Part shown: positions 56,301 through 64,000 of the stretch, one piece after another
Position numbering within the stretch: position 1 is the stretch's first letter
Layout: every line of letters starts with the position of its first letter
Origin: an uncultured Candidatus Rokubacteria bacterium
GTDB taxonomy: Bacteria; Methylomirabilota; Methylomirabilia; Rokubacteriales; CSP1-6
Assembly: GCA_963789955.1 (NCBI GenBank)
Contig: CAWBMV010000034.1
Coordinates: forward strand, 864,001-928,000
Direction of reading: 5' to 3'
DNA: 64,000 nt
Notes under the pieces: generated by a model
What the model was told of the DNA's origin: nothing
What the model saw: only the letters and a program-made list of their open reading frames with translations
The model's database searches: none
Position numbers and translations under genes: made by a program

Positions 56301-56693
56301 CGTGCCCTCGTACCGGTGCACGGCCTCCATCATCCGCTCGAGAACCGGATCGGTTATCTTGCGCGCTTCCTCGGGATCCCGATCGGCGAGCAGCTCCATC
56401 GAGCCCTCGAGGTCAGCGAAGAGGACCGTCACCTGCTTGCGCTCGCCTTCGAGCGCGCTCTTGGAGGTGAGGATCTTCTTGGCGAGGTGCTTCGGAGTGT
56501 AGGACTCGGGCGATGTAAATCGCGGTTCGGCTGTTGCCTGTGACGCGACGGGCTCCCCACACTCTAAGCAGAATTTCGCGCCAGCGGGCAGCTCGCTACG
56601 ACACTTCGTGCAGGTCAGCGCGACACGGGCTCCACACTCCAGGCAGAACTTCGCCTGGGGCGGATTCTCGTGCTGACACCGAGGACACTTCAT
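53349..56693 (-). CDS. Double zinc ribbon + class III nucleotide cyclase + STAND/AAA ATPase + TPR protein
   Basis: Four CxxC, LFADLEGS, MGDGIMALFG, GEPGVGKS, VVEDLHW, GNPLF, FKHGL, C-terminal TPRs. Confidence 0.93.
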   Translation of the reverse strand: MKCPRCQHENPPQAKFCLECGARVALTCTKCRSELPAGAKFCLECGEPVASQATAEPRFTSPESYTPKHLAKKILTSKSALEGERKQVTVLFADLEGSMELLADRDPEEARKITDPVLERMMEAVHRYEGTVNQVMGDGIMALFGAPLAHEDHAVRACYAALRMQESVKKYAEEVRRSHAVVIRIRVGLNSGEVVVRAIGSDLHMDYTAVGQITHLAARMEQLADPGTILLTPDTMALAESFVQVTALGPIAVKGLSASVEAYMLTGVSAVRSRLQAAATRGLSSFVGRGSEIDQLHRVLEHAGEGRGQVMAIGGEPGVGKSRLVFELTNSRRVEGWLVLEAGSVSYGKAVAYLPVVDLLKGYFGIDDRDTHQDIRGKITGKVLALDRDLGTITSAVLALLDVPVEDPQWLALEPGHRRRRMLDGLSRLLLRETQVQPVLLVVEDLHWIDSETQVFLDGLIERLPGARLLLLVTYRPEYRHEWGNRTYYAQVRLDALPPESVEALLDTFLGFDSSIRGLKNLLASRAEGNPLFLEESVRSLVETRALVGQRGAYQLAQPIEAVQMPATVQATLASRIDRLPPEQKRLLETAAVIGKDFPFALLQAITDETEEVLHLGLSHLHSAEFLHETAFLPELTYTFKHGLTHEVTYGTLLQDRRKALHARIVGVIERSYPDRLTEHVERLAYHALNGGLWPLALHYSRQSGSKAFERSANRETVAALEQALTALAHLPDDPEMLAAAIDVRLLMRSVLLQLGQLERTARYLKEAEVLALRLGDRQRLAWVWAYTTTALLFAGEPVPAMAVGEKARALADEVGDTGLRASARTPLAHACRERGDLRRSIAIFTEAIDLLTGDLARQRFGQAIPPAVYARGMAALCLAELGDFAEAERLGTEARVLTKAEDLPFGFAMAHMALCNIYLVQERVAEAMQILEPALEVIRVRGIPIPWATALRGYALALSGRPEEGCTVLAGGLEEADRLRFFFGHSQWVAWQAHAHLMAGRMDEAGEQADEALRLSRQRGQRGYEALALYVRGEIESLHERDSAETFCRQALGLADELGMRPLVAHCHLGLGKLYRRTGKREQAQEHLTTAKTMYREMGMTYWLEQAEAELRV

Positions 56694-56783
56694 CCAATCC
56701 CTCACGAGCCAGGTCGGTGACGGTCAGAACGGTGGGGCGAGACTAGACTGTTGCCTGCCCGATGGTCAAACAGATGCTGGTGG

Positions 56784-56979
56784 TTAGTTCAGCGACGCCG
56801 CCCGCAGCAGATCCAGTTCGGCATCCTCGGGCGTCACCCAGCGCTCAAACACCACGCCACACCGGTAGGCGACAGTGAGCAGATAGCCCATTCCATGCAG
56901 GCTCCGTGGCGTCGGCGGTCAGGGGGCCGTGGGGGCGATGATCGTGAACGAAGTCGTCGATTTCCGTGTGGAGGCTCAC
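56784..56979 (-). CDS. Tiny His/Cys protein (one-base frameshift near 56889; absent from the ORF track)
   Basis: Read by hand: SLHTEIDDFVHDHRPHGPLTADATEPAWNG/YLLTVAYRCGVVFERWVTPEDAELDLLRAASLN*. Confidence 0.55.
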
Positions 56980-57065
56980 GGGTTCATGAGAGCGACGCTC
57001 TTCCGATAGTCCGCCATTCGTTCCGGTCGCCCGTGCTCCTGCTCCCTCCGGGATTCCAAGCCGCT

Positions 57066-57422
57066 CTATCGAGGAGGAGCGGGCATCGCCGATGAGTGAT
57101 GGTCGACGATCATCCAGTTCTCGCCGTCACGAACGAAGGTGAAGCTATAGCGCGCTGCCAGAGTCTTGGTTTCCCCGTCCTTGATCCACGAGAACGTGTA
57201 GTAGCCGGTGTTGACAGCGGTGCCATCGTAAACGCGGATCAATTGCTCGCCGAACGTGACTTTGAGCCCCGGCAAAAACTTAAACGCTGTGACGAAATAG
57301 TCGCGCACCGCTGCTCGATCCGCTCGCACGGTTGGAGAGAGCGTCCCCCAGAGAACCCCATCAGTGGCATAGAGAAGAACAACTTTGTCAGGGTCGTTTT
57401 GCCCCAAGGTTTGGGCCCATTT
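57066..57422 (-). pseudogene. SgcJ/EcaC (NTF2-like, DUF4440) family protein lacking its N-terminus
   Basis: LYATDGVLWGTLS, VRDYF, NTGYYTF, ARYSF, WMIVDHHSSAMP; no start or signal peptide upstream. Confidence 0.75.
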
Positions 57423-57654
57423 CTCTCCAGCTTCATGCCGGCGAAGCGGACGTCGAACACGATAGTCTGGCTCTCGATGTAGCCAAGGTCGCGCAAACCC
57501 TGTCGCGCCGTATCCACTGAGGTCGATCGCGGGCCGGCCCGGAGTTCAGGACACCCACCACGGGGATCTTTCCTGTCGGTTGTGCCTCCCCCGAGAGCGG
57601 CGCAGAGAGCGCCCCAAGCGTCAACCCGCACACGAACGTGCGCCGGTTCATCAT
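57420..57654 (-). pseudogene. 5' fragment of an ABC_sub_bind-type SBP
   Basis: MNRRTFVCGL...EAQPTGKIPVVGVL...RQGLRDLGYIESQTIVFDVRFA, then an abrupt switch into SgcJ sequence. Confidence 0.8.
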
Positions 57655-58709
57655 TCGATGACCTGATCCGCCCGCAGCAGCAGGGATTGCGGAATCATGA
57701 GCCCAAGGGCTTTGGCGCTCCTCATGTTGAGGACGAGATTGAACTTCGTTGGCTGTTCGATCGGGAGATCGGCGGGCTTCGCACCTTTGAGGATCTTGTC
57801 GACGTAGGCAGCGGCACGGTGCTGCATCTCGGGAACGTCGACGCCATACGACATGAGCCCACCGATTTCAACAAACAGCTCGACCTCATAAATCGCAGCA
57901 ATCCGATGCGCGGCCGCGAGGTTCACGAGGGCCTGTCGATGCACAAACATGTAGGCGGACGAAGCCACCAGTGCCCCGCGAATCTGATTCTTGATCATCT
58001 CCGGAAACGCAGCGGCCAAGTCCTTCGCTCCGTGCACGTTGAACATCTGAACTGTCAGGCCAAGAGCCCGCGCGGCGCTAACAGCATGTTGATCGTACCG
58101 AGCGGGGATCTCGGGGATGGCTGACGTCGTGACGTCCTCTCGGAGGAGCGCAACCCTTGAAAGGTTCGGTACGAGCGCTTTGAGAAGCTCGAGGCGCTTC
58201 GAGACTAGCTCGTCGCCGAGGAGCTGTGACCCGGTGATATTGCCGCCCGGCTTGGCCAGACTGTTGACCAGCCCTGCCGCGACGAGATCGCCTTGGGCCC
58301 GACCCACCACGATGGGGATGGTCTTCGTTTCCTGCTGAAGGATCTTTGCCAGACCTTCGCTCGCAACGAACAGTACATCGACTTTGAGGCGTACGAGGTC
58401 AGCGGCGCCCTTGCGAAGCTGATCAGCCGATTCGCCGAACCGTCGCTCGACGATCATGTTTTGGCCATCGACCCAGCCCAGTTCCCGCATCGAGATCCAG
58501 AACCGATTGGTCGCAACCGACTTCGCGAGCTCCTGGGGGCTCGGAGCAGGGCCGGTGCCCAGAATTCCCACTCGAGCCATCTTCTCCGACTTTTGAGCCT
58601 CGACGACGCGAGGTGCGACCAGAAGGGCGGCCGCCATTGCTGCCATAAAATGCCGTCGATCCCACCGGGCCGGGCGGGCAGAGATCTCGATTCCGGGCGG
58701 TTGGCGCAC
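57651..58709 (-). CDS. ABC transporter substrate-binding protein (ABC_sub_bind type)
   Basis: [62 protein letters not shown]. Confidence 0.9.
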   Translation of the reverse strand: MRQPPGIEISARPARWDRRHFMAAMAAALLVAPRVVEAQKSEKMARVGILGTGPAPSPQELAKSVATNRFWISMRELGWVDGQNMIVERRFGESADQLRKGAADLVRLKVDVLFVASEGLAKILQQETKTIPIVVGRAQGDLVAAGLVNSLAKPGGNITGSQLLGDELVSKRLELLKALVPNLSRVALLREDVTTSAIPEIPARYDQHAVSAARALGLTVQMFNVHGAKDLAAAFPEMIKNQIRGALVASSAYMFVHRQALVNLAAAHRIAAIYEVELFVEIGGLMSYGVDVPEMQHRAAAYVDKILKGAKPADLPIEQPTKFNLVLNMRSAKALGLMIPQSLLLRADQVIE

Positions 58710-58829
58710 GAATTCCTTCTTTCCAAGACTAGGGTCGCTGCAGTCTAGCAGACCTTTATCCTGTCCTTCTCGCATAGCGATTTTCAACCGCGATGTCTTG
58801 TCTCTCAACGTAACCGAGGCTGCGCAGCG

Positions 58830-58895
58830 GCGTGATCGAGAGGCCGAGCGCCTGACCGTCTTGGGATTGATAACCAACTCGCATGTCGTCGGCAC
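58830..58895 (-). pseudogene. Degenerate 3' remnant of an ABC_sub_bind-type SBP
   Basis: PTTCELVINPKT/ALGLSIT matches [21 protein letters not shown] of the intact copies. Confidence 0.65.
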
Positions 58896-58920
58896 TGCTG
58901 CTGACGCCAGTCACGCTCGC

Positions 58921-59862
58921 TCAAGGCGAAGGACGAGCGGGTCTGCGGACCTCGATGGTTGGGCCAACTGCGATAACCATCAAGTCCTCGCCCAGCTCGA
59001 GCGGTCCGGAGTAGGTCTTTCGTGTCGGGGGGATCAGGTCCTGCTCGGTGGCGGTCGGGAGCACGATGTGCGAGTACACAGCGAGCTTCGGCTTCGTCCG
59101 CGAGAACACTTCGCCCGCCTGCTCGGGAGTCACGTGATGGGCGACGACGCTTTGGGCCCGCTCGGGTGAGGCGCCTGCGCGCTGGAACGTTTCTGGTGCT
59201 GCTACTTCGTGGACGAGCACATCCACCCCCTGGGCGTGCCGGATGAGATTGTCGGAGACGCGCGTGTCGCCGGAGAGCACGATGGAGCGGCCGGCGTGGT
59301 CGACGCGATAGCCGAATGCCGGCTTGATCGGGGCGTGGTCCACCTCGAACGCCGTGATTCTCACGCCGCCCTTCTCGTACACAACGCCTTCACCGATCTC
59401 CTCGGTCAAGAGGACGATACCGTCCGGCGAGGGCCGGTCGTCGTACAGCCGGATGCGAATGTCGAAGTCGAACGCTTGCTCAAGATGCGACATCATGTTC
59501 TTGGTTCCGCGGGGCCCCCAGACGTTGAGCGGAACGCTCCGGCCGGGCGTCAGCCACCCGGTCAACCACAGATCGGGGAATCCGACTACGTGATCCGAGT
59601 GCAGGTGCGTGAAGAACACGCCGCGCACGTCCTGCCACCTCACCTTCAACTGGTTGAGGCGTTGCAGGGCGCCGCGCCCCGCATCGAAGAGAAATTTCTG
59701 GCCTCCGGCTTCGACCAGAATACTCGGCCCGAATCGGTTCATGACGGCCGGGGGACATCCCGTACCCAGGAGGGTAATCGTGATGTCCTGGGCGTGAGCC
59801 GCGGAGGGAATGAGCACAGCCGTGAGCAGCGCGAGCGTCCACACACCGCGAAGCATCTTCAT
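58921..59862 (-). CDS. Exported MBL-fold hydrolase (RNase Z/arylsulfatase-like)
   Basis: Signal peptide (AHA|Q), LLGTG, FDAGRG, THLHSDH, VDH, SGDT, HE, SH. Confidence 0.88.
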   Translation of the reverse strand: MKMLRGVWTLALLTAVLIPSAAHAQDITITLLGTGCPPAVMNRFGPSILVEAGGQKFLFDAGRGALQRLNQLKVRWQDVRGVFFTHLHSDHVVGFPDLWLTGWLTPGRSVPLNVWGPRGTKNMMSHLEQAFDFDIRIRLYDDRPSPDGIVLLTEEIGEGVVYEKGGVRITAFEVDHAPIKPAFGYRVDHAGRSIVLSGDTRVSDNLIRHAQGVDVLVHEVAAPETFQRAGASPERAQSVVAHHVTPEQAGEVFSRTKPKLAVYSHIVLPTATEQDLIPPTRKTYSGPLELGEDLMVIAVGPTIEVRRPARPSP

Positions 59863-59928
59863 GTAGTAGCCCCCTTCGTGGTTCGGCAGGACCTTTGATG
59901 AATCATGCAGCCACCGCCGTGTACTGGG

Positions 59929-60066
59929 TTAGACGTCCGGGGCAGCCGCGACGCCCAAGGACAAGTAACCTATTCGAGGGATCGTCTGCGCTTGTTGGGC
60001 GTCGGCGGCGTGTGGCGCAACAAGCAGGCTGACGGCGAGAACGACCGCGAGCCCGATCCACCGCAT
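59929..60066 (-). pseudogene. 5' fragment of an ABC_sub_bind-type SBP (45 aa)
   Basis: MRWIGLAVVLAVSLLVAPHAADAQQAQTIPRIGYLSLGVAAAPDV*. Confidence 0.75.
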
Positions 60067-60104
60067 GGGCACCTCGGTGCACGATGGCTGGCGGGGAGTC
60101 TAGC
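60026..60104 (-). repeat. SBP leader repeat, copy 2
   Basis: GCGAGAACGACCGCGAGCCCGATC...GGCACCTCGGTG...GATGGCTGGCGGG...AGTCTAGC shared with copies 1 and 3. Confidence 0.8.
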
Positions 60105-60160
60105 CGAACGCCACTCAGTGCACCAGCACAGCCCGGCGCATGAGCAGGCGGCCGCGTCGG

Positions 60161-60247
60161 TCAATCACGATCCGCGTCTCGCTCGATTCTCGCGCGGCAC
60201 GTGCAGGTCATCCACACCCGATCGCCCTCGACCCCGCTGCCGTACAT
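60161..60247 (-). pseudogene. Remnant of a tiny CxC protein, homologous to 51200-51302
   Basis: SGVEGDRVWMTCTCRARIERDADRD*. Confidence 0.55.
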
Positions 60248-60305
60248 CTCACCGTGTACGCTATCTCATACGCTTGACACCTGACGGACAGCGCCGCTAG
60301 CGTGC

Positions 60306-60590
60306 TTGCATAGACCCCGTGCTGTCAGTGTCTGGTATCGAATCGCTGGCCTGATCAGTCGGGAGCAGAAAACCTTGGCCGTCGAGATTATCGAGGCTGA
60401 AATTCGCTCACGGCAGCAAGAACCCCTGCTTGAGGCAGCGAAGCTCGTGCTCAGTGGTGATCCTGTTGAGATTGCCCGCCAACTCCGTGACAGAGCGGAG
60501 CGGACGATTCGGCCACGGGGACGGGTCCACGTCTACCGTCTCGTGGATGACGGTCTTCGTAGCCGGGCTGCATATCGACACATCAATTAG
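60306..60590 (+). CDS. Hypothetical protein
   Basis: 94-aa ORF just after a TTGACA-18 nt-TAGCGT candidate promoter (60274-60303). Confidence 0.35.
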   Translation: MHRPRAVSVWYRIAGLISREQKTLAVEIIEAEIRSRQQEPLLEAAKLVLSGDPVEIARQLRDRAERTIRPRGRVHVYRLVDDGLRSRAAYRHIN

Positions 60591-60737
60591 GCGCGCACTG
60601 TCCGCTCACAGTTCCTCTCCCCTGACGCCGCAGGGTTAGCGTGCGAACAATAATTCCGGAACCAATCGAATGTCGCTTGCCTGCCATCAGGACCCCATGT
60701 CAATCTCGATACAGCAAGTCGCTGCTCAGGAGGGCCG

Positions 60738-61124
60738 TTGTTCGCTTTTCGTCGCCTCACGGTCTTGACGATCCTAAGCGTCCTCTCGCTCGCCAGCCCA
60801 GTGCTCGCCGACGAGAATCTGGCCGGAGATGGGACCGTCGCGGAGTGGCGAGCGAACCTCGGTCGTAGCCAGTTGGCGACAGCGGCATACGCGGCCGGAG
60901 TGATGACGATGGGTAATATCTCCGTCGTATGCAAGACACCACGCACGGTCCGTGAGCTACATGAGTATCTTCGTTATCGTGCGCTCCCAACGCTCACGAT
61001 GAAACAAGCGATCTGGAGCTTCCTGACCGAAGGCGAGTGTAACGCGAGGACCGAAGATCAGTCCGCGTCCGCAAGCGTCCCGCGACTCAAGTTCAAGTCA
61101 CCAAGCGACAGCGCAGAGTACTAG
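60738..61124 (+). CDS. Small exported protein with two Cys
   Basis: AGGAGG RBS, signal peptide (VLA|D), helical body. Confidence 0.6.
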   Translation: MFAFRRLTVLTILSVLSLASPVLADENLAGDGTVAEWRANLGRSQLATAAYAAGVMTMGNISVVCKTPRTVRELHEYLRYRALPTLTMKQAIWSFLTEGECNARTEDQSASASVPRLKFKSPSDSAEY

Positions 61125-61380
61125 CCTCCTCGCCGCATACGGTCCAATCGCACCAGCGTACCTCTACCGTTCGCGAGGTACATCCGATCACGGTCGACTT
61201 CCGGAAGTGATGGACAGGCACGCCTAGTTGACCCGTTGGTCGCCATGCTGTCTCGACTGACAAGCGCCGGCCGAGACATTCCATTGATTCGTTTGACTGT
61301 GGGCCTTCGGCATCCGGTTTGCGTGATGACCGGTTCGGCGCTGCCGGAATCTCTTCGTCTAACGTTTCCCAAGGAGGGAC

Positions 61381-61764
61381 ATGGTGCCCACCGGAAGTCC
61401 GAGTTTCCTCAACAGAGGAAAGGTGAAGCAGGTCTGCCGAGTGTGCCACGGGATTGCCGAGCTGAAGACCGAACGCCTGTGTGCTGATTGCTCGCGGATC
61501 AAAGGGCAGATCCTCTTGCGCTTCGCCGATGCGGTCCGCGGGACAATAACGGTTCCAGCAGAGCAGCAGTGTAAACGTTCGGGCTGCTCATGCGCCGCGT
61601 GCGACGGGAGAACGCTTGATGCTCACTCGGTCTACCTATTCGATCTCGCACGAGCAGGCCGACGAGAGGTCCACTTCCATCCTCGATGTCACGAGTTGTG
61701 GGTAGAAGCTGTGACGGGATTGGTTGCCCGCCCGGACCAAGGCGTCGTCATCGGTCAGGGCTAG
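61381..61764 (+). CDS. Cys-rich putative zinc-finger protein
   Basis: AAGGAGG RBS; CRVC, CADC, CSCAAC, HFHPRCHELW. Confidence 0.6.
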   Translation: MVPTGSPSFLNRGKVKQVCRVCHGIAELKTERLCADCSRIKGQILLRFADAVRGTITVPAEQQCKRSGCSCAACDGRTLDAHSVYLFDLARAGRREVHFHPRCHELWVEAVTGLVARPDQGVVIGQG

Positions 61765-61842
61765 TGCGGCGCGACCCTCAGGAGGACTTTCATTGATGGC
61801 GCTCTCGGCATCAGCACTCCCTCGCCTCGCACTGAAAAGAAA

Positions 61843-62268
61843 GTGACGATCAACACGAAGCCAGCGAAACGAGTCCTCATCGTCGATGATCAGCAGCGCG
61901 TGCTTGATGTGCTGCGGGAGATCCTGGGCTCCTTCCGGCACAAGCACGCCTATGAGATCACGACCGCGCAGTCGGTCGCCGACACGCTCGCCACCGTGCA
62001 ACGTGAGCCCTTCGATCTAATTCTGCTGGACATGGTCATGCCGGGAATAGGCGACCCCATGCTCCGCAGACAGGGCCTCGACCTGATGAAGCGCATCCGC
62101 GACTTTGGCGTGACCGCGCCGGTGCTCATGATGAGCGGGGACTGGGACAGCCGGCGGGAGGCCGATGCGCTGATCGAGGGGGCAATTGGCTTTCTGCACA
62201 AGCCGTTCGATGTGCGCGAACTGGACCGTCTCGTCGCTAACGCCATTGAGTCCGCGGCCGGCGGCTGA
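61843..62268 (+). CDS. Single-domain response regulator
   Basis: VLIVDD, DLILLDMVMPG, LMMSG, HKPFD. Confidence 0.9.
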   Translation: MTINTKPAKRVLIVDDQQRVLDVLREILGSFRHKHAYEITTAQSVADTLATVQREPFDLILLDMVMPGIGDPMLRRQGLDLMKRIRDFGVTAPVLMMSGDWDSRREADALIEGAIGFLHKPFDVRELDRLVANAIESAAGG

Positions 62269-62303
62269 GCACGGCGCAGGGCCAAGACAAGAAGCACGGA
62301 AGT

Positions 62304-62447
62304 TCAAGCGTAGCCCTGGCGGTGCATCCCGACCGCCCACGAGTCCAGCCAGGTCCGCAACGCATTTCGCGCGCGGTCGTACGAGGGCGTCGAGCACCTG
62401 GCGAAGCCGAGCGCCGCTACGAGCAGCTGTCCGCGTTGGTCGAGCAC
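62304..62447 (-). pseudogene. Short or degenerate ORF directly after the SBP stop codon
   Basis: VLDQRGQLLVAALGFARCSTPSYDRARNALRTWLDSWAVGMHRQGYA*; from memory it resembles the N-half of a multicopy hypothetical family (unverified). Confidence 0.45.
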
Positions 62448-62448
62448 G

Positions 62449-63426
62449 CTATTCAATCACCTGATCCGCCCGCTGCAGGAGCGTCTGCGGGATCGTCAGA
62501 CCGAGCGCCTTCGCGGTCTTGAGGTTGATCACAAGGTCGAACTTGGTCGGCTGCTCGACGGGCAGGTCGGCGGGCTTGGCGCCTTTGAAGATCTTGTCGA
62601 TCTGAGCGGCCAAGCGCGGGGCGTTCTGCAGTGGCGTCGGCCCATAAGCGAGCAAGCCGCCCGACTCCGCGAATCGCCGGTCGTAGCCAATCGCCGGCAG
62701 GTGGCTCTTTGCCGCAAGGACTCCGAGACGTTCCAGATGGGGGCGAAACCAAACGATGTTCGGCACCAGCACTGCGTTGGCGCCCCGGCGCTTGGCGGCT
62801 GCGAAGAAGCTGTCGAAATCTTGCGGTCCCCGCACTTCGATGAGTCGAATCTCGACGCCGAGCACCCGGGCCGCGGCGCTTAGCCTCGCGACTAGGGCCT
62901 CGAAGCTCAGCTTCGCTCCAGAGCTTTCTGCTGCGGGCGCGGGGAAGGCCACGCGCGAGGCCAGGGGGAACGCTTCCTTGAGGAGCTCCAGAAGCTTCTC
63001 GTCATACTGGCCTAAAGCGAACCCTGTGAGGTTTCCGCCTGGCCGCGCGAAGCTGGCGACGAGTCCGCTCATGACCGGGTCGTCGCCCACGACGAACACA
63101 ATCGGGATGGTCTTCGTCGCCTCCTTGACTGCCTGGGTCGCCCCCGTCCCGCTCGTAAGAATGAGATCGACTTTCAGTCGTACCAATTCAGCCGCGAGCG
63201 CCGGGAGCTGATCATCTCTGTCTGCATAACGTCTCTCGATCTTGAAATTCTGCCCCTCAATCCATCCAAGCTCGCGCATCGCGTCAGCCAAGGGCATCAA
63301 ATCGGGATCGGCGCCCCACCTGAGTGAACCAATTCGGTAGACCTTTCCGGCCGACTGCGCCTCGGCAGCGAGCGGCGCAAGCGCGAGGCTGAGTGCGAGA
63401 ACGACCGCGAGCCGGATCAGCCGCAT
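62449..63426 (-). CDS. ABC transporter substrate-binding protein (ABC_sub_bind type)
   Basis: Signal peptide [54 protein letters not shown]. Confidence 0.92.
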   Translation of the reverse strand: MRLIRLAVVLALSLALAPLAAEAQSAGKVYRIGSLRWGADPDLMPLADAMRELGWIEGQNFKIERRYADRDDQLPALAAELVRLKVDLILTSGTGATQAVKEATKTIPIVFVVGDDPVMSGLVASFARPGGNLTGFALGQYDEKLLELLKEAFPLASRVAFPAPAAESSGAKLSFEALVARLSAAARVLGVEIRLIEVRGPQDFDSFFAAAKRRGANAVLVPNIVWFRPHLERLGVLAAKSHLPAIGYDRRFAESGGLLAYGPTPLQNAPRLAAQIDKIFKGAKPADLPVEQPTKFDLVINLKTAKALGLTIPQTLLQRADQVIE

Positions 63427-63467
63427 GTGCACCTCGGTGGAGGATGGCTGGCGGGAGTCTAGCAGAC
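63385..63467 (-). repeat. SBP leader repeat, copy 3 (extended -10 TGCTAGACT, GAGGTG RBS, ATG)
   Basis: Intact copy in front of the full-length SBP gene. Confidence 0.85.
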
Positions 63468-63505
63468 GAGAACTACATGCGGGGCTGGTGGCGTTGGCCG
63501 CACGA

Positions 63506-64000
63506 CTACTGGATGATCTCGTCGGCTCGCACCAAGAGCGACTGCGGGATGGTCAGACCGAGGGCCTTGGCGGTCTTCAGGTTGATCACCAGCTCGAACT
63601 TCGTCGGCTGCTCGACCGGGAGGTCGGCGGGCTTCGCGCCTTTGAGGATCTTGTCCACGTACACAGCAACCCGCGCCGCGAGATCTCCGATGTTCGGACC
63701 CGTACGACATGAGGCCACCCACTTCGACGAACTCGCGCCATTCGTAGGATGCGGGCGTTCGTCGCTGGGCAGCCAGATCCACCAACCCCCTACGATCGCG
63801 GAAGAACTCGGGATCCGACGGCACGATGATGGCATCCGCCGGAGTTCTCGCAATCGCCGCAAAGGCGTCCGCGTACTCACCAGAGCGCGGAATCTCGACC
63901 GGCTGCACTTTCACGCCCAGCGCAGGGGCCGCGTCCCTCAACGCTGCGAGTTGTTCCGTGGTGCTCGGGTTCCGTGGATTCACGAGGACGGCGACGCGAC
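63506..64000 (-). CDS. ABC_sub_bind-type SBP, 3' part (runs off the window; frameshift near 63700)
   Basis: [54 protein letters not shown]. Confidence 0.9.

Noticed and set aside
50400..64000. Classical integron or prophage
   Set aside because: No integrase, phage structural genes or convincing attC pairs were found by eye; a covariance-model search would be needed to exclude attC fully.

Overview
High-GC bacterial chromosome segment. Gene content and the recurring small-protein families suggest Candidatus Rokubacteria (Methylomirabilota); this is an inference. Many genes carry single-base indels, most likely long-read assembly errors, so several long ORFs in the track are chimeras. 1-50.4 kb is core-like: an orphan catabolic operon (CoA ligase, crotonase, LLM, UbiD, enolase-family), thrC-metB, pduO-LLM-ADC-like, and a sigma-54 circuit ending in a 7-GAF hybrid kinase. 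It also holds a benzoate cluster where hcrCAB-like genes are fused into one operon with boxC-boxB-benzoate-CoA ligase and no boxA, a CP-ATP-grasp/alpha-E/transglutaminase operon, an ECF sigma/anti-sigma pair, ttuB-ttuA, a Gly-repeat TPR protein and a His/Cys triple-repeat membrane protein. 50.4-64 kb is a lower-GC mosaic of co-oriented whole and broken ABC_sub_bind-type solute-binding-protein (SBP) genes sharing an ~80-bp leader, tiny CxCG proteins, receiver domains and a STAND adenylate cyclase. Best leads: (1) the boxA-less Box/Hcr-like hybrid with Gln at the conserved Mo-site Glu; (2) the SBP-leader/mini-ORF mosaic, which looks like a recombining cassette region. No rRNA, tRNA, CRISPR array, transposase or integrase was seen.
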